This document shows, piece after piece, positions 49,718 to 64,000 of a stretch of DNA of 64,000 nucleotides. Source of the DNA: Acanthaster planci (taxonomy: Eukaryota). The stretch lies in the NCBI RefSeq assembly GCF_001949145.1, contig NW_019091357.1, positions 500,671 through 564,670 on the forward strand, written 5' to 3'. The notes under the pieces were generated by a model. That model was not told the DNA's origin and did no database searches. It saw nothing but the letters and a program-made list of their open reading frames with translations. Position numbers and translations under genes: made by a program. Position 1 is the first letter of the stretch. Each line of letters opens with the position of its first letter.

Positions 49718-51068
49718 TGATTGATTGCCTGATAGACTGGCACACAATTTTGTACCAATACAATAAATTTCTAGTAGATCCTGCATTCAGTGCTGCCCGT
49801 GTGATGATAGAACAATGCATCTCTAACAAAGAAAACTGGCTTGCTCTGCTGTTTTGAATATATTTGTTTTAAAATTCCTATTTTGTGTACCTTCCACAGA
49901 AAAAAGAATTCCGACGGTGCACAAAAGCAGTCTTGCTTAAGCCACAAATAAAACCCATCATTTCCAAGAGCTCGAGTTTTTATTCAAAGTATTTCAAATA
50001 TAACTTAGCTGTATTAGTTGGGTAATGCCATAGCTAAATGGTAAAAAAAGACGTTGCAGTACAGCAACCTAGTTGCAGAGCATACGTACAGATAAACTAC
50101 AGTAATGTGCACTTTATTTTTAAGACTTTTGCTGTCCTCAAAGATAAATGCATTTAATTGTGAGGTAATCACCAAGTTCTCTGCTTTGCCTAATCCAAGA
50201 AATTACTCTACATGTATTGTAGAGAGGTGGAGAGGGCTCGTGTTACGAACACTGAACAGGAGTTGTGATAAGGTTAACATACTGAAGCTAATGTTGGAAC
50301 AATAAAGAACCAGATATTGACAATATTATTGCAAGGCAAGGAGTGCCATTATTTACAAAGTTATGTCTTTGTACATAATCCATGTGTTTCTGCTCTGGCA
50401 TACGTTAACTTTCAGTTTTTGCAACACAAAATTTCAAAGATCAGTTTTGTTCAAGTTTTGATATTTTTAATATTTCCAACTGCCTTGCCTCTGACTCATG
50501 TTTGCAATTCAAAACAAACTCAAAATTAACACAGATATACTTACCTCTGCAAATATTTAATACCTAGCCTAAAAACCTTGGTGGTTTTCAGTCACATTTT
50601 GGATCCAAGTGACACCAATGTGGTATATGCCAATCAAGTTTTACTCCACCATTTCTATATCCACTTATTTGCGTGTCAGGTATATTTGGGGGTATTTGAA
50701 AGGGCTTCATCCACATTTTACAGAAAGCCTTTATGGTTTTAATAGTATAAGGTCTCCTTTTGAAGTCTTCCTCCAGAGGTATGATAAAGGAGATTGGGTA
50801 CCATGCATACAGACTGTCAGAAAGTTCAGAATGATAAAAATGGTTGGTATGTAAGCTTTATCCATTATCAACACACAAATATAGCATTCTGTTGCAGGTT
50901 TTTGTTTGATCGAAACACTTTTGAGGAAATAGCTAAAAAAATGCCCCTTACTTATTTCTGAATGCTAAAACTCAATCTTTATAATGAAGCTTTGCGTGAA
51001 ATATCACACATCCCCAATAAACCAAATAGGTTGAATATTTCTAGGATGATAATCTACCAAGACTTAAG

Positions 51069-54000
51069 TTACTGTGCTGTGGCTGATGTCGTCGTGGCTG
51101 GCTGCTGAAGGAAAACCTGTTGCGTTCCTGCCTGCGTCTGGATCTGGTAGATTGGAGGCTGTCCAAAACAAACAAAAATGGTCTCACCAAAATGACTTTT
51201 CCCCCAGTGCTTTTGTAAATTTGAATATTAAAGACAAGAGCCCCACCTCACTGAACCAACAAGGAATGTACTCATGAAATGTGGGCCTTTACAGGCATAT
51301 AGCACCTGTTGTCTTGTCACAGGATGAAAGTCTGTGGCAATGTGGAAATAATGGACTACACGTACAGGCTTCCTGTATGATGGATGCTTCTTGAAATGGC
51401 AATTAATTCTGTGCCATGTGATTGCCAAGGTGACTTTGGTAGCACCAACTGGTCGGTCATCACAAATAAACAAAAGCTCTCTGAAGGGTATTAAAGCAAA
51501 CATCAGTTGCACAAACAGCCTAATGGCTGTACTTGTTCTCTGAGAATGAGGGCAAGTGAGGGATGTACATTTACCTGTGAATTAGAGATTTGGGTGACAA
51601 AATCTTGTCCTGTTTGCTGTATACCCTGCTGTTGCTGGCCCTGTGTCTGCCGGACATACTGTATTTGTTGACCAACAGGTAACTGCACCTGTCGAAAAAA
51701 AAAAAAGAAAAGAAAAAATCTTTATGGACTCCCACAACTGTGGAGAGTGTGTTAGGGATACCCCCTTTGCCTGGGCCTACACCGATTCTACCCTGACCCC
51801 TAGTGCCCATTCCTGTCCCTTTGCCCCATTCCCTGAGCCCATACCTATTCCCTGACCACTTCAACCATGCCTGTACCTGTTGGATCTCTCCTGTGTTGGT
51901 GATGATGTGCTGGATGTTACCAGTAGCTTGTCCCGTTTGCTGCAGCTGTATGGGCGTTGCTTGGGCCGAGATGAGCTGAGTGGTAGATACCTGGGAATCA
52001 TTGCCCGATACCTGCACAGTCTGTAACTGCTGATCATCCGGAGGGAAATAAAGATTACTTCAGGACGTCAACCGTCCATTCTTAGGAAATTAAACTGCTT
52101 GTCCATCCCACGAAGGATACGCAACCAACAAGGGCATGCCTGATGCTGGGAAAGCATAGACGAGGAAGCATCTCAAACCGTGTGGTTTCATTCTCATTTC
52201 AATATACTCAATTTGGATCATGCTGATTGATTGGAAGTAGTTTTGCCCCGAGACTGGTTTTACTGTTTTGGACGCTGCACCGTGCAGGCGACATGTGCTG
52301 ATGAGCACAGCCAAATAGCAGAACCAGTAGAGGGTGCTGTATTCACAAGAGACAAACTGCCAGAAAACCAGTCTTGTGGAATCTGGCTGGCATTCCCCAA
52401 ACAATTCTGAGCATACCTTACACGCTTGTTACTATAAATAATTGCCCATACGCACTGCCGAAAACCAGTCTGCATGGCACGCGCTTAATGTGGTCTTGGG
52501 GAAAGACTAGATAGGCAGGAGCAGTATAGTGCTTAGGTATTAATGGGGAGTTGGAGGGCAAGGACCTTTTGTGTATTCATTGAAATTAACTTAAAATAAC
52601 AAAGAACAGCCTCGAAGGCACCAGCAAAGCACAGCTTCAAGTCCTAGTATGTTTTTTGGTGCATGTGTAATACTATGATTCTTTTTGTTAGACCTTGTAT
52701 GTTGAACCTTGACCTCACCAGTGACTCTGTGACTCCCCCCCCACACATGATCATTGCTACTAGTTAGATACCTGTTGAGGTTGTGTGGTAGCGATGAGAG
52801 TGCCAAGATTTTGAGGAATGACAGCTGCTGGACTTGGGGTCACTGTGGCAGTAGATGTCGGAGTAGATTGGCTCTGAGCCAACTGGAAATAGTACTGGAC
52901 CTGTTCTGGCATCATAGCTGCCTGCTGAACTTGGCCGTCCTAGAACCAAGGTGAGGGCATATAACATGACAGCAAAACCAATTCAATTGAAAATTTCCCC
53001 AAAGTTGAAAACTGAAGGACATTGCAGTTCAATCAAAGCACAAGTAGAAAAAAAATCTTTCTAAGTATGATTGCACGGTTACTGTTTATTTGAAGTACAT
53101 ACAATCAGCTCAAAGCACAAATAATAACTTGTCGGAAAACAAAGCAAGGTTTTTCCGTTTTTTCTGTTCTTCTGTTAAATGGCACAAAGTTACCGTTCTC
53201 TTCGTTGTCTTCAGCTCATCTCTTGGCACAATGTCAATCAGAAAATCAAACTGGTCATACTTGGTGATAGCCATGGCAATGTCATTCCTCTATTTGGATT
53301 TGGGGAAAAATTGAAGGGAATATAATAAAAAAATTACGATAAATTGCTGCTCCTAGAAGCTTATTTCTCCACAGCCATGTCAATGGACGGGCATAATCAC
53401 ATAGCTTCCACTGTTACTCAAATTGACTACCAAAATTTGGGATTCATCAATTCACAGAAAACATTTTTCCAGATTCACCATTTCAATCAAGAATCTTTTT
53501 TATTACCATGTTTTTATATGTTCCATTTTACAACTATTTCTTAAAATGTCTGAACTATATCAATAGATTTTCATGTAAAATTAAGATTTAAAATTAATAA
53601 ACCACAATAAATAACCAAAGACCAAGTTCTCTATGGGAAAGAAATTAAAAGTTAATTAAATTTGCATACGACTGAGCAGCCATGTATGTACATGTACCTG
53701 TAACGTGCGTCGTTTATTGTCTTCTGTGTGTAACCAAGCCCTGAGTGAGAGCTCAGAGATAAACATCTCAGCTGCCTTGGAAAACAAAACTGGTGCTTCT
53801 GCACTGATCATCTGGAGAAAAAGAAGTAATAATTTCCAAATAGATGTCATTATTAACAAAGCAGTTATGTAGGGGTTCACCACAATTTCTTGCACAATCT
53901 TTAGTCTGTAGGCATTTTCTCTACTGAATGTAACATTGTGTCACAGTCATTTTGACATTTCCAAATTTCTATCACACGGATTTCTTTTTTTGTTTTGGTA

Positions 54001-54329
54001 ATTAAGTTCTCTTTCAAATGCCTGAAAAAACAATGACAAAGTTTATTTTACCTTCACCTCCTCGTCAAGTTTCATGATCTTCTTAATTCTTGCAAGAGGT
54101 AATTCCTGTGTCTTGAAATCACTCTGGAAAATACAAAGATGGTTTGTTTTTCACAGTCACACTAAAATCATCAACAAGGCTTAGCGAGTTGGGCATTGAA
54201 TAGCACTGTGATATGAAAGATGTAACTTACATGTTTCATATTGTTGATATTCTCTGTCTGTGTAATCCAGAAATTCTCATGAGCCTGCAAGGCTGAGGAT
54301 GGTTCTTCTGAGGTTGTGGCTTCCTCCAT
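51069..54329 (-). CDS. NFYC: Nuclear transcription factor Y subunit gamma (NF-YC), 8 coding exons, ~301 aa
   Basis: Exons 54329-54231, 54123-54052, 53811-53698, 53289-53194, 52939-52772, 52029-51877, 51688-51575, 51158-51069. Histone fold [82 protein letters not shown], then QYYFQLAQ and a Q-rich activation domain. Confidence 0.96.
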
Positions 54330-55737
54330 TTCTAACTGAACAAAATAAGATACATTACTCACTAACTGCAAATTAGTTCAAGATATACATCAGAAATGTG
54401 GAGGTTTTCCAAAATTAATTGTTCAACTCTAAATATGTATTGATGCGAACAGAACTTTTAAATAGGAAAAAAGTTAACTTGATAGTATATCTGAAAGCAT
54501 CAGCATCCCTTTCCAAGCTGTGTTTTTTTTCAAACTGTGGTCTGTATCTGATCGAAAAGCTGCTAATATGCTATTGTTTCATCTGTCAATCTACAACTGA
54601 CCTTTGAAAAACTGTAAAATGATAAGAACTTACTCCTACGATTACAAAACCTATAATGATAGTAATCTAATTTAAACTCGAGAAATCATAGATGATCATC
54701 TAAAATCTAACACAAATTTTATCATTTATTCATTTTTTTTTTCATCACATACAAGCTGGGCATAGGAGAGGCAAAAGCAATAACAATCAGTGTGGCCAAA
54801 CACCTGCCACTCCTCATCAAGCTGTGTATTGAGTAAATAAATATTAATAAAATACTAAAATATAGAAGTATTTGAAGCCAATAGTTAGAACTTACAAAAT
54901 ATTTAAATATACAAGAAAAGGAATTACTGCAAATGAATAAAGATAATGTAAGCAATTAAATATGAAATTAAATAAGTTAATTAATAAGAAATTCATAATA
55001 ATGACACAATAAAGGAGGACATAATAACTAGTTTAAATACAAATAATACATGTGTAAGGAAACAGTAGGTAAGTATACAACAAATGCACTGAAAATCTAA
55101 AGAATAATTGGCTAACAGGAGGCTGAAATAGGACTTAAAATGAGAAGAAGACCTGCTGCTCCTCATCAAGGTAAGTGTAAAGTAAATACATAAATAAGTA
55201 AATACAAGTAAGAAAATTAAAATACATTAGAACGTATGAATATTTCGATATAAAAGAAACAAAAGGAGACGACTCAATGGAAATGAATAAAAGTAGAAAT
55301 AAAAATGGAAAGGGGTGAAAATGATGTAAGAAATTGATTGAATTAAGTAAATAAGGAGTTAGCAATAAAGACACAATAAATAAAAAAATCCATGCATAAT
55401 AGATGTTGTATAAATATATACGACAAATCAGATAAAATGTAATTGACAGTTGGCAGAGAGGAGGCTCAATTACATGTTATAAGTATTACATGTACATGCG
55501 ACATAAATACTGGGTTGGGATTTATGAAAAGAGAAAACTAAAGTTGAGTTGACCAAAGACGAGGGAAAGCATGGAAACAAGATAAATGTAGGGATAAATT
55601 CAGCAATAACATCTTCCAATTAGTAGCTTCACCAATAAATAACAAATGCAGTTCACATCCAATTCCCAAGTTGATACTTTTTAGGTTATAGTAATTCCTT
55701 GATTAGCTAAAAGTGCGGCTGTTCTTAATTTCTGTGC

Positions 55738-56210
55738 CCAATCCGCTCCAAGAATCGGGACAATGTCAGCTGGTTGCCAGCCGACGTATAGCATCACCAA
55801 ACGCAGGGAACGATGCGCGCAGGGGACCAGCGAGACTTCGCCGACGACAGGTTGACCAATCGACACAATGAAAGATGGCGACGTCCAATCACACCGCAAT
55901 CGGACAAGCAGTCACTAGCCAATGACAAACTCCCCGCGAACTCTGTGCCCCAAAACTCGCCCATGATCATCCCAAATACAAAGGGATGAAACTATATGAT
56001 AGCAATCTGAATGCATAGACGGAAAAGGTATATTTTCCTACCTGGTTTTGGTAGTTTCGTGTGTCAGTGCACGTCGTCAATCGTTCTGAAAAACGGCTGG
56101 GCCTACATCCTATCCATATCCCTACACACCAAGCATGTACCACGCATTATTATGCACGTACCCATGTAATCCAGCGGGTCGGCGCGGCACGTACGTACGT
56201 ACGTGCGCAA
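55738..56210. promoter_or_regulatory. CpG-rich NF-YC promoter/first-exon region with clustered CCAAT boxes and a YY1-like motif
   Basis: CCAAT at 55738, 55856, 55885 and 55919. AAGATGGCG (YY1-like) at 55872. Minus-strand donor CCAG|GTAGG at 56042/56041 is a likely non-coding first exon. CpG is enriched relative to the AT-rich flanks. Confidence 0.55.
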
Positions 56211-59200
56211 TCAACAATGGCTCCTCCCATTCGATTATAGGGGTGGAAAATCAATTTATTGTAAATTTATTTCTAGTACACACCCTGTACATTGCTCAAT
56301 TCCGAAACACAGTTGTTGATATTCTGATTTGAATCTGACTGGGAATACAAAAATCTAGACTCAGAACTAAAGGACTCAGAACTCGAAAGTTGCTGAAGAA
56401 AGCGGTCATTTCTTTGTTTTGAGCCTCTCTAACGTACATGTTTAGTGGTATGTACCAATGACTAGCGTTTAACGTTTTTCCATCCTGGGGGGGGGGCTGG
56501 AGGACAGTGATTTACAAATGCCCTAGTATTTTGAATATAGTGAAAAGATTGACTTTAAAACTAACTTAAAACAAATGAATTTATTAATATTTTGTTTTTA
56601 TTGTAATAAGATAAAATGCAATCAAACTGAATGCATTTTTTATATAAATGTATTAGGCAATAGATGTGGGGGAGGGGTAATTTTTTGTTCCTTAATTATT
56701 TGTGTGTGATATTTGTCTGTTCAGACAGCTCCTTTTACTTGTATAGTGATGTATTTCGCTTTTGAGTGATCCATGGGCTTGTTTTCTATTTGTAATTTTC
56801 TATATCTTGTGCTCTTTGTATTGCCCCAAAATAAGTTTTAAAAAATACTAAATTCGTACGCACCTGTTGTAGGCTTGGCCTTTTGAACACTATCGAATCT
56901 GACCCTTCAAGATGTCAGTGCAACAGATCAACCAAATGCATGTATTACTGTACAGTTGACATATACATATAATCGAACGTGCACTACCATAACACACCCT
57001 TACAGAAAACCTATCTCGACTTCCAGAATTCCAGTTCCCGTTTTTCTTTATCAACTAAAGTTCATACATGAAGGACACAAAAATTACCACCCTCCTAACA
57101 AAAAGCACACAAATTCAAGCAAACATCTTTGGTATACTGTAATGTTTATTGATTTGCTGCCACAAGACCACATAATATCGCATTTTATATACGAAATAAA
57201 TGTAAAACGAAAAAGCATCAGCATTTAAGTACACGCAGGAACAGGGCATCCCCACATTATGGCGAAAGCTTAAGAGCAATATTTTCAAAATAACATTATC
57301 AGCTTCAAAGACCATGAATACTTCTATGTGCATAATCCCAAATCCCAGCCTGTAATTTATATAATGGTGTGCAAAAGATCATGAACGTCAACAATTGAGA
57401 TCTTTTCAATCGTTTTTGGCTTCTCAATCAAATTGGAGCAAAGGACAAAAATACATGGACTCCAGCAGTTTTTAGCAAAATTTTGACCTTGCCAAATTTG
57501 TTTTTCGGGCTTTACCATGCAAATTCATGATTTCCCTCTTCATTTGCATGCCATCAAAAATGGTTCATTTAGCTTCAGTGACAAGACGACATCTTCAAAG
57601 TAGAAATGAATAAACAAACTGTACCCTTGAAACCACTCAATGTATTTCACACATTACACCCGACACCTAATAACATTGTAAATCAACAGGAAATCCACAT
57701 TTCAGGAACCCATTTTTAATGAGAAATGGTCCCTTTGTAAAATTACAGTTAGACAAAATGTTGGCTGGTGTTTTGTATATCATATACACAATGTGATTTG
57801 GGTAAACATTTGCAGCTTGTATTCATTAACCCTCCTATGCTGAAGTCACTCTTTGGGTCATTTGGTGAACACCTCAAAGAAACAGCTGTGTTGTGCACTA
57901 CACTAACTGTCCCTCACAGGAATATCAGATTGCACTTTTGTGCCGCCCAAGAACTGTGCTTCACTGTTCCATGTGCATAATTATGCAGTNTGTACACACT
58001 GAACCTGTTCATGATTGAGTTCCACATAGAAACTACATGCTCACCAGTGACTGTGGGCATTTGTGCACATTTGTGCTGTAAAACCATACGAGGGTTAAGA
58101 ATAAAGCAAGACAAACCTGGCCCTCTCTGAATTCTGCTTTACCTATTCCTTTGATGCTTGGCACGGCAGAAGACTGGAACCAACCTCTCGATCACTTATG
58201 TACAAACTGCTCCATATCAAGCTCCACTTTGCCCAAGCTCCCTTTAGATTTCAGACTTGTCTTTATTTGCTTATCAATGCGTAGTATCCGGCTATGATCC
58301 CAGTAATTTTTTCCTTTTAAGATACCTAAAAATTGAGGAAATATGTTCGCACACAAGCCCAAACCACCAAAAAATCAATACTCAAAGCAAAGCAAATGGT
58401 CAAAAAGCCAGTTATAATGTTGAAAGCATCATACCTCTGTTGTGCAATTAAACTGCTTCTATCTTTCATTTACTACATAAACACTTTATGAAATACTTTC
58501 AAAATGCAAGACTTAGGAAAGATATCAATAGTGTAGAATTAATCAAATTTGAAAATTCATCTTCTTCTTGCATGCTTTGATGTTTGTCTGGTTGTATTTA
58601 TCAGCAAGTTGACTAGTTTACAAGTGGATAATTGTTGCAATTAGCATAGGTCTATACAAATTCGGATAAACTCGGCACATATAGAAAAAGGAAACATTTG
58701 ACTTGACGACTATGCTGTTGTGCTACTGGACAAGTCTGTGATATCAAACATGAGGCTATGTCTAAATCAAACGGCTGTGGCTTGGAGCCTTATCTACACC
58801 AATAAGAACTGGCTATCCGCTCCGAGCTGGAACAAAAGAGGGTGTGTTTTGAAATGAAATTGACAGTCCTTTGGTACTCACGCACTGCACAGCTGCGAAA
58901 GTTTGTGCACATTTGACACGGAACACGCCAAGTACGCGCAACGATTTTAGTCTAGAATGTGTGGTCTTCGCGTGCACGCTGAACCCGTGCTTGAACCTGT
59001 TTGGAAAACCTAGTACCATTTGTCTTTCTTTCCCTGGTGAGGGCGCACTTCAGATCAGGGCAGATAGTCTCTATCCAGCCAATCCCACAGGGTCATGTGT
59101 TATTTACAGCCACACCCGTACCTTTTAGACATGACTTTACTCTGTAGTTTCATTCTAACCTCAACTGGAGAACAATAGATTATATAGTTGCTGCTTTGAA

Positions 59201-59375
59201 GATCCTATGTTTTTATTCTGTCTCACTGCTAATGCAGACATGCATTTAAGATTTATGTTGCCTTGGCAACCATCCACAAGTAAAGGCAATGATTCCACTT
59301 CAAATAAACAGATTAAAAGGCGAAAGAAGTGACGACATGTGCATGCAAACAGTCACACCTCGTTAATAAGAGCAC

Positions 59376-59890
59376 NNNNNNNNNNNNNNNNNNNNNNNNN
59401 NNNNNNNNNNNNNNNNNNNNNNNNNNNNNNNNNNNNNNNNNNNNNNNNNNNNNNNNNNNNNNNNNNNNNNNNNNNNNNNNNNNNNNNNNNNNNNNNNNNN
59501 NNNNNNNNNNNNNNNNNNNNNNNNNNNNNNNNNNNNNNNNNNNNNNNNNNNNNNNNNNNNNNNNNNNNNNNNNNNNNNNNNNNNNNNNNNNNNNNNNNNN
59601 NNNNNNNNNNNNNNNNNNNNNNNNNNNNNNNNNNNNNNNNNNNNNNNNNNNNNNNNNNNNNNNNNNNNNNNNNNNNNNNNNNNNNNNNNNNNNNNNNNNN
59701 NNNNNNNNNNNNNNNNNNNNNNNNNNNNNNNNNNNNNNNNNNNNNNNNNNNNNNNNNNNNNNNNNNNNNNNNNNNNNNNNNNNNNNNNNNNNNNNNNNNN
59801 NNNNNNNNNNNNNNNNNNNNNNNNNNNNNNNNNNNNNNNNNNNNNNNNNNNNNNNNNNNNNNNNNNNNNNNNNNNNNNNNNNNNNNNNNN
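59376..59890. other. Assembly gap (N run)
   Basis: Run of n. Confidence 0.99.
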
Positions 59891-60325
59891 ATGAGCCCCG
59901 AGCTGGACCAAGGGAGGGCGCAATATTCTGAGAAACAGAGGCTCCTTTTGTTGGAAGTGCACTTCGCTGGTTCACAAATGACTACGAAATGTACGTGTTA
60001 TGGTCGCATTGCTACCAGCAAAATGAACATTCCGGACCATGCTTATGACTATGGTAGGCAGTTACTTTTATTCAAATGTATTGGGTAGCATATTTCAAGG
60101 CAGGTGGTTTTGAGAAAAATTTGTCAGCTGGGAAAATGTTAACCTTAGAGACGGCATCAGGCACTTTATTTTTAATGACTGAAAAGCAATAGACATTGCA
60201 AAAGATAAATTTGGACATGAGGACATGGTTACAAATGCAACGTTGCTCAGGGTGTCTCTTCAAGTAACATGCCTCTAAGGAAAAGATGTGGAATAAATGC
60301 CTTTACATGAGACGAGGACTTGAGT

Positions 60326-63300
60326 CTAACCCTCGTATGGTGGTGGTTTCTCCAATGGAGTCTTGACAGCATCATCGTAAGTTGGCAACTTTGGAAGCAA
60401 AGCCTGGAAACAAGAGAAATTCACATTTTGCCACAAAACAAAACCAAGGGCAGTTTTTACTTTAAGCACAAGTCTATTCAAACGACAGGAATTGTGAGAA
60501 AATAAGAGAGCATGAGTTCACTTTCGGCAGTGATATGAAACCTCTGAAAACCCATCTCGAGAAAAACAGCAATAGAGTAGTTAGACTTTGAATTATAATT
60601 TATCTTAAACTACATCTTTCGTTAGATAAGATTGATTGGACCTTACCTCAGCATCCATGGCATAGTTGTTGGAGTTCACATTGTCACCGGTCTCACGGGA
60701 CTGGATGTACTTGTAGCAGGACCAGACACAGGCAATGCAGTAGGCCTAACATTGAAACAAAATTGAAACATTTGTGACGCAATTAGCTGAAGACAAACAA
60801 CAAAGCCACTAATCCTTACCCTAACCAACCCTCCAGCCTACTTTGATTAGAAACCCTGCTAGACGCAGCAAATTGCATCATTTGTCAATGTGGCTTACCT
60901 GCCCAGAGTAACAAGATCCAACGGGTCAACTCTCCTCAAGGCCAAACAGCCTAGGAGTCTNNNNNNNNNNNNNNNNNNNNNNNNNNNNNNNNNNNNNNNN
61001 NNNNNNNNNNNNNNNNNNNNNNNNNNNNNNNNNNNNNNNNNNNNNNNNNNNNNNNNNNNNNNNNNNNNNNNNNNNNNNNNNNNNNNNNNNNNNNNNNNNN
61101 NNNNNNNNNNNNNNNNNNNNNNNNNNNNNNNNNNNNNNNNNNNNNNNNNNNNNNNNNNNNNNNNNNNNNNNNNNNNNNNNNNNNNNNNNNNNNNNNNNNN
61201 NNNNNNNNNNNNNNNNNNNNNNNNNNNNNNNNNNNNNNNNNNNNNNNNNNNNNNNNNNNNNNNNNNNNNNNNNNNNNNNNNNNNNNNNNNNNNNNNNNNN
61301 NNNNNNNNNNNNNNNNNNNNNNNNNNNNNNNNNNNNNNNNNNNNNNNNNNNNNNNNNNNNNNNNNNNNNNNNNNNNNNNNNNNNNNNNNNNNNNNNNNNN
61401 NNNNNNNNNNNNNNNNNNNNNNNNNNNNNNNNNNNNNNNNNNNNNNNNNNNNNNNNNNNNNNNNNNNNNNNNNNNNNNNNNNNNNNNNNNNNNNNNNNNN
61501 NNNNNNNNNNNNNNNNNNNNNNNNNNNNNNNNNNNNNNNNNNNNNNNNNNNNNNNNNNNNNNNNGTGGTTGCCAGTCACAAGATCCTACAGGTCAACTCT
61601 CCCTAAGGCCAAACAGCCTAGGAGTCTGTGGTTACCAATCACCACAAGATCCAACAGAGGCATTGTTCAGTAGGACTAGCTCCCATTGTCTCAACATAGC
61701 CAGTTTGCTCGGCTGCTGTCGATTGCCCAGTGCATCAAAGTGCATCAAACTTTTTCACCTGATGCACTGTGCTGTTTCTGGCAGGGTTATGGTTAAAGTG
61801 TTGCAAGAGAATTCGGAAATAAGTCCATAAAAGGATGCTGCTTGACACCCTTTGCAAAAACCCTGTGAGACTTGTGAGAAATTGTGTTTTCTAAGTGGTT
61901 ACTGTACCTCGATATTTTTTCTCTGCTAAATTTGACTTTTAAGGGCATGTTACTCCTTTAATAAGGAAAAAGTAAAGGCATTTGTACAAAGCACTCTTTC
62001 TGGGCATTCACACATGCTGAAATTGTGAGCCCAATGTATGTGTCTCTCAGTTGGTAAGCAGAGCGAGGAAACAAATAGGCTTGCAAGTTGTCAGTACGAA
62101 GTTCAAGAATAAAAACAGAGGCAGCTGGGCAGCCTTCTCACCTTGACCATCATGATGACCAGGAAGAGGACCAGAGCAATGAGCACAAACCACTGGTTGT
62201 CAAGGTCAAACTTGCTGACTGGCAGACGCTCCTTCCAGTGCATGAACTCCTGGTTGTATGGGAACTTGCCCTGTAATGATGAGGTCTAATCTTATCAACT
62301 TCAATTCTTTGCTGAATAATACAAACAAATTCACACAAGTATTTTTCAAACCCAATGTTCAAGCTATGTTTCCTTTCTACAACTAGTTCCTTCCACATTT
62401 TACTGACCCAAGTGATTTCCTTAAGTACTGGATTATATTTTTATATCTTGCACAATACTAGTACACAAAGCCTATGACACTGACCTGAAAAATTCATGTT
62501 TTTCAAATAAATGCTTCAATATGTTCCCTGCTAAATTTGTCTTTTTAGGGGAACTATCTCTTTGTGATGAATAACATGTCACTGCAGGGCAAATCAGTGA
62601 TGTCAACAACTGGAATTCTTCCACCACATACTCATGGATCTTGGCTGTTGGGGTTTGTACCGTACTTACACTGTCCTCGTAGTCATAGTCAGGATAGTAG
62701 GACATTAAGCCAATTGCTGTCAAGCAAGTAATGAAGAAATCAAACAGCTGCAGGCAGAAGAAGGGCAGCAGGTAGCTGGACTGGTACTGTTGAAGGGACA
62801 GGGCAAAAAAACAATCACTTATGGCATTTCATACTGCACCTGTTCAAGAATCAAGAACATACTGCACCTTAGATAATTTAAAACCAGCAATACAAGGTGA
62901 AGGAAAGTAAGCATGAAAATGAAAATATCACTCATAGTTATAATTGACTAAAACATCTCCAATTATTTCCAACCATGACTCTCGGCATCCTGAGACACTT
63001 AATGCCCCTCCTTTCCAAGATTTTGTTTCAATTGCAAGCCGGCTATTAGCCGAATATACTAATGACTGCAACAAACTTTGAAATATAACTTGAATCAAAT
63101 TACTGCAAAGACTAACGAGGGATACAATCCTCCTTTTGATGGAACCTACCTGAGCTACTCCCTTGATCATCATACTGGTAATGAGGAAATAGCAAAACAC
63201 GATGACCAGCCCAACACAGTAGTCAGCTGCAGAAGTCAGATCAAACATTAAGACTCCATAACTCTCACCTTCACAAATCCTCTAGAATAATCCATGAATA

Positions 63301-63780
63301 AGAGGCAGATTTGGAGGAATCTAGAGGCTGCATAACAAACATGTGACTGGTTTCAAACGGTGCACAGTATCAAGGTCTTGGGCAAAACCATGTGTCGTCC
63401 ACACACACTCATGAGTAAATATAGACCCAGAATATATTAGAAAGCATCCATACTGCTCCAGATTATCATCCGCATTGCCTCAACACACCAACACGCATGG
63501 CCAAAGAATTTTGAAGGACTGAAGCAGTGGTCATCGCTCTAAGCAACACATGCAAAAACTGAAGCCGTATCCAATTTTTTTTACAAGGAAGCATTGGGAA
63601 GAATTTGAAACAATTCAAGCACAGAGTTATCAAGCCAACCCAGCATGCCCAGTAAGACTTACAAGTATCATGCTGGTTCTCGATGGAGAAGACAGACCCG
63701 CCATCTCCACTAGAAGTCTTGTCATCATTACCCTTCAGGATCATGGTGGCAATCAGAATCATGGCACATACTTGACCAAC
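60326..63780 (-). CDS. LAPTM4: Lysosomal-associated transmembrane protein 4-like (LAPTM4A/B family), 5'-partial
   Basis: Exons 63780-63663, 63226-63150, 62786-62670, 62270-62142, 60745-60647, 60403-60326 (TAG), all phase-consistent. YCVGLVIVFCYFLITSMMIKG, YLLPFFCLQLFDF (family signature), K|AYCIACVWSCYKYI, and C-terminal PY motifs LPTYDDA and PPPY. The first exon lies beyond 64000. Confidence 0.9.
60888..61657 (+). repeat. Tandem repeat (~63-70-bp unit) spanning an assembly gap (N 60961-61564) in a LAPTM4 intron
   Basis: GTGG..ACAAGATCC(A/T)AC(G/A)GGTCAACTCTCC..AAGGCCAAACAGCCTAGGAGTCT occurs immediately on both sides of the gap and restarts at 61628. Confidence 0.8.
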
Positions 63781-64000
63781 CTGCCAGATTCAATTTAAAA
63801 ATTGAAAAAAAAAATCTCAAAACTTTTCTTTGCTTTGCAAACCAATGACCAAACTTATAATCAAGATGTTTCTTATGATATCCTCTCCAAAATCACGTCA
63901 AAAAGAAAAAAAAGACCAAGTTGAAATTAAAAATTTATGAACTTCCCTATACATGCTACAAGCCTTATCGCATTGTGGGAAGGAAAACGGGGCAATGTTT

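Noticed and set aside
54830..55450. Very A-rich tract in NF-YC intron 1 giving hydrophobic minus-strand ORFs
   Set aside because: Low-complexity composition explains the Phe/Leu/Ile/Tyr-rich translations, and there is no other sign of coding.
59313..61606. Long ORFs at 59313-60088 and 60890-61606 (also 29224-29710)
   Set aside because: They are artefacts of translating through N gaps.

Overview
Eukaryotic, intron-rich, AT-rich animal DNA with three assembly gaps. Gene content and repeat style suggest an invertebrate deuterostome, probably an echinoderm such as a sea star (inference). Splice models were assembled by hand from GT-AG junctions with consistent phases. From left to right: (1) a 21-exon, ~1122-aa presynaptic active-zone scaffold gene (Rab-binding helix, Zn finger, PDZ, C2A, C2B) of the RIM/Piccolo/Fife family, with an antisense GPCR pseudogene nested in one intron; (2) a piggyBac-type MITE; (3) a tandem cluster of three intact 7-exon cytosolic sulfotransferase genes plus an internally deleted fourth copy, with a 49-bp minisatellite in front of copy 2; (4) an intact intronless rhodopsin-type GPCR paralogous to the nested pseudogene; (5) ERICH1-like and EOLA1/CXorf40 (ASCH) genes head-to-head; (6) NF-YC, with a CCAAT cluster at its own 5' end; (7) most of a LAPTM4-like gene, whose 5' end lies beyond the window. 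No prokaryotic features, CRISPR arrays, rRNA or tRNA were recognised.
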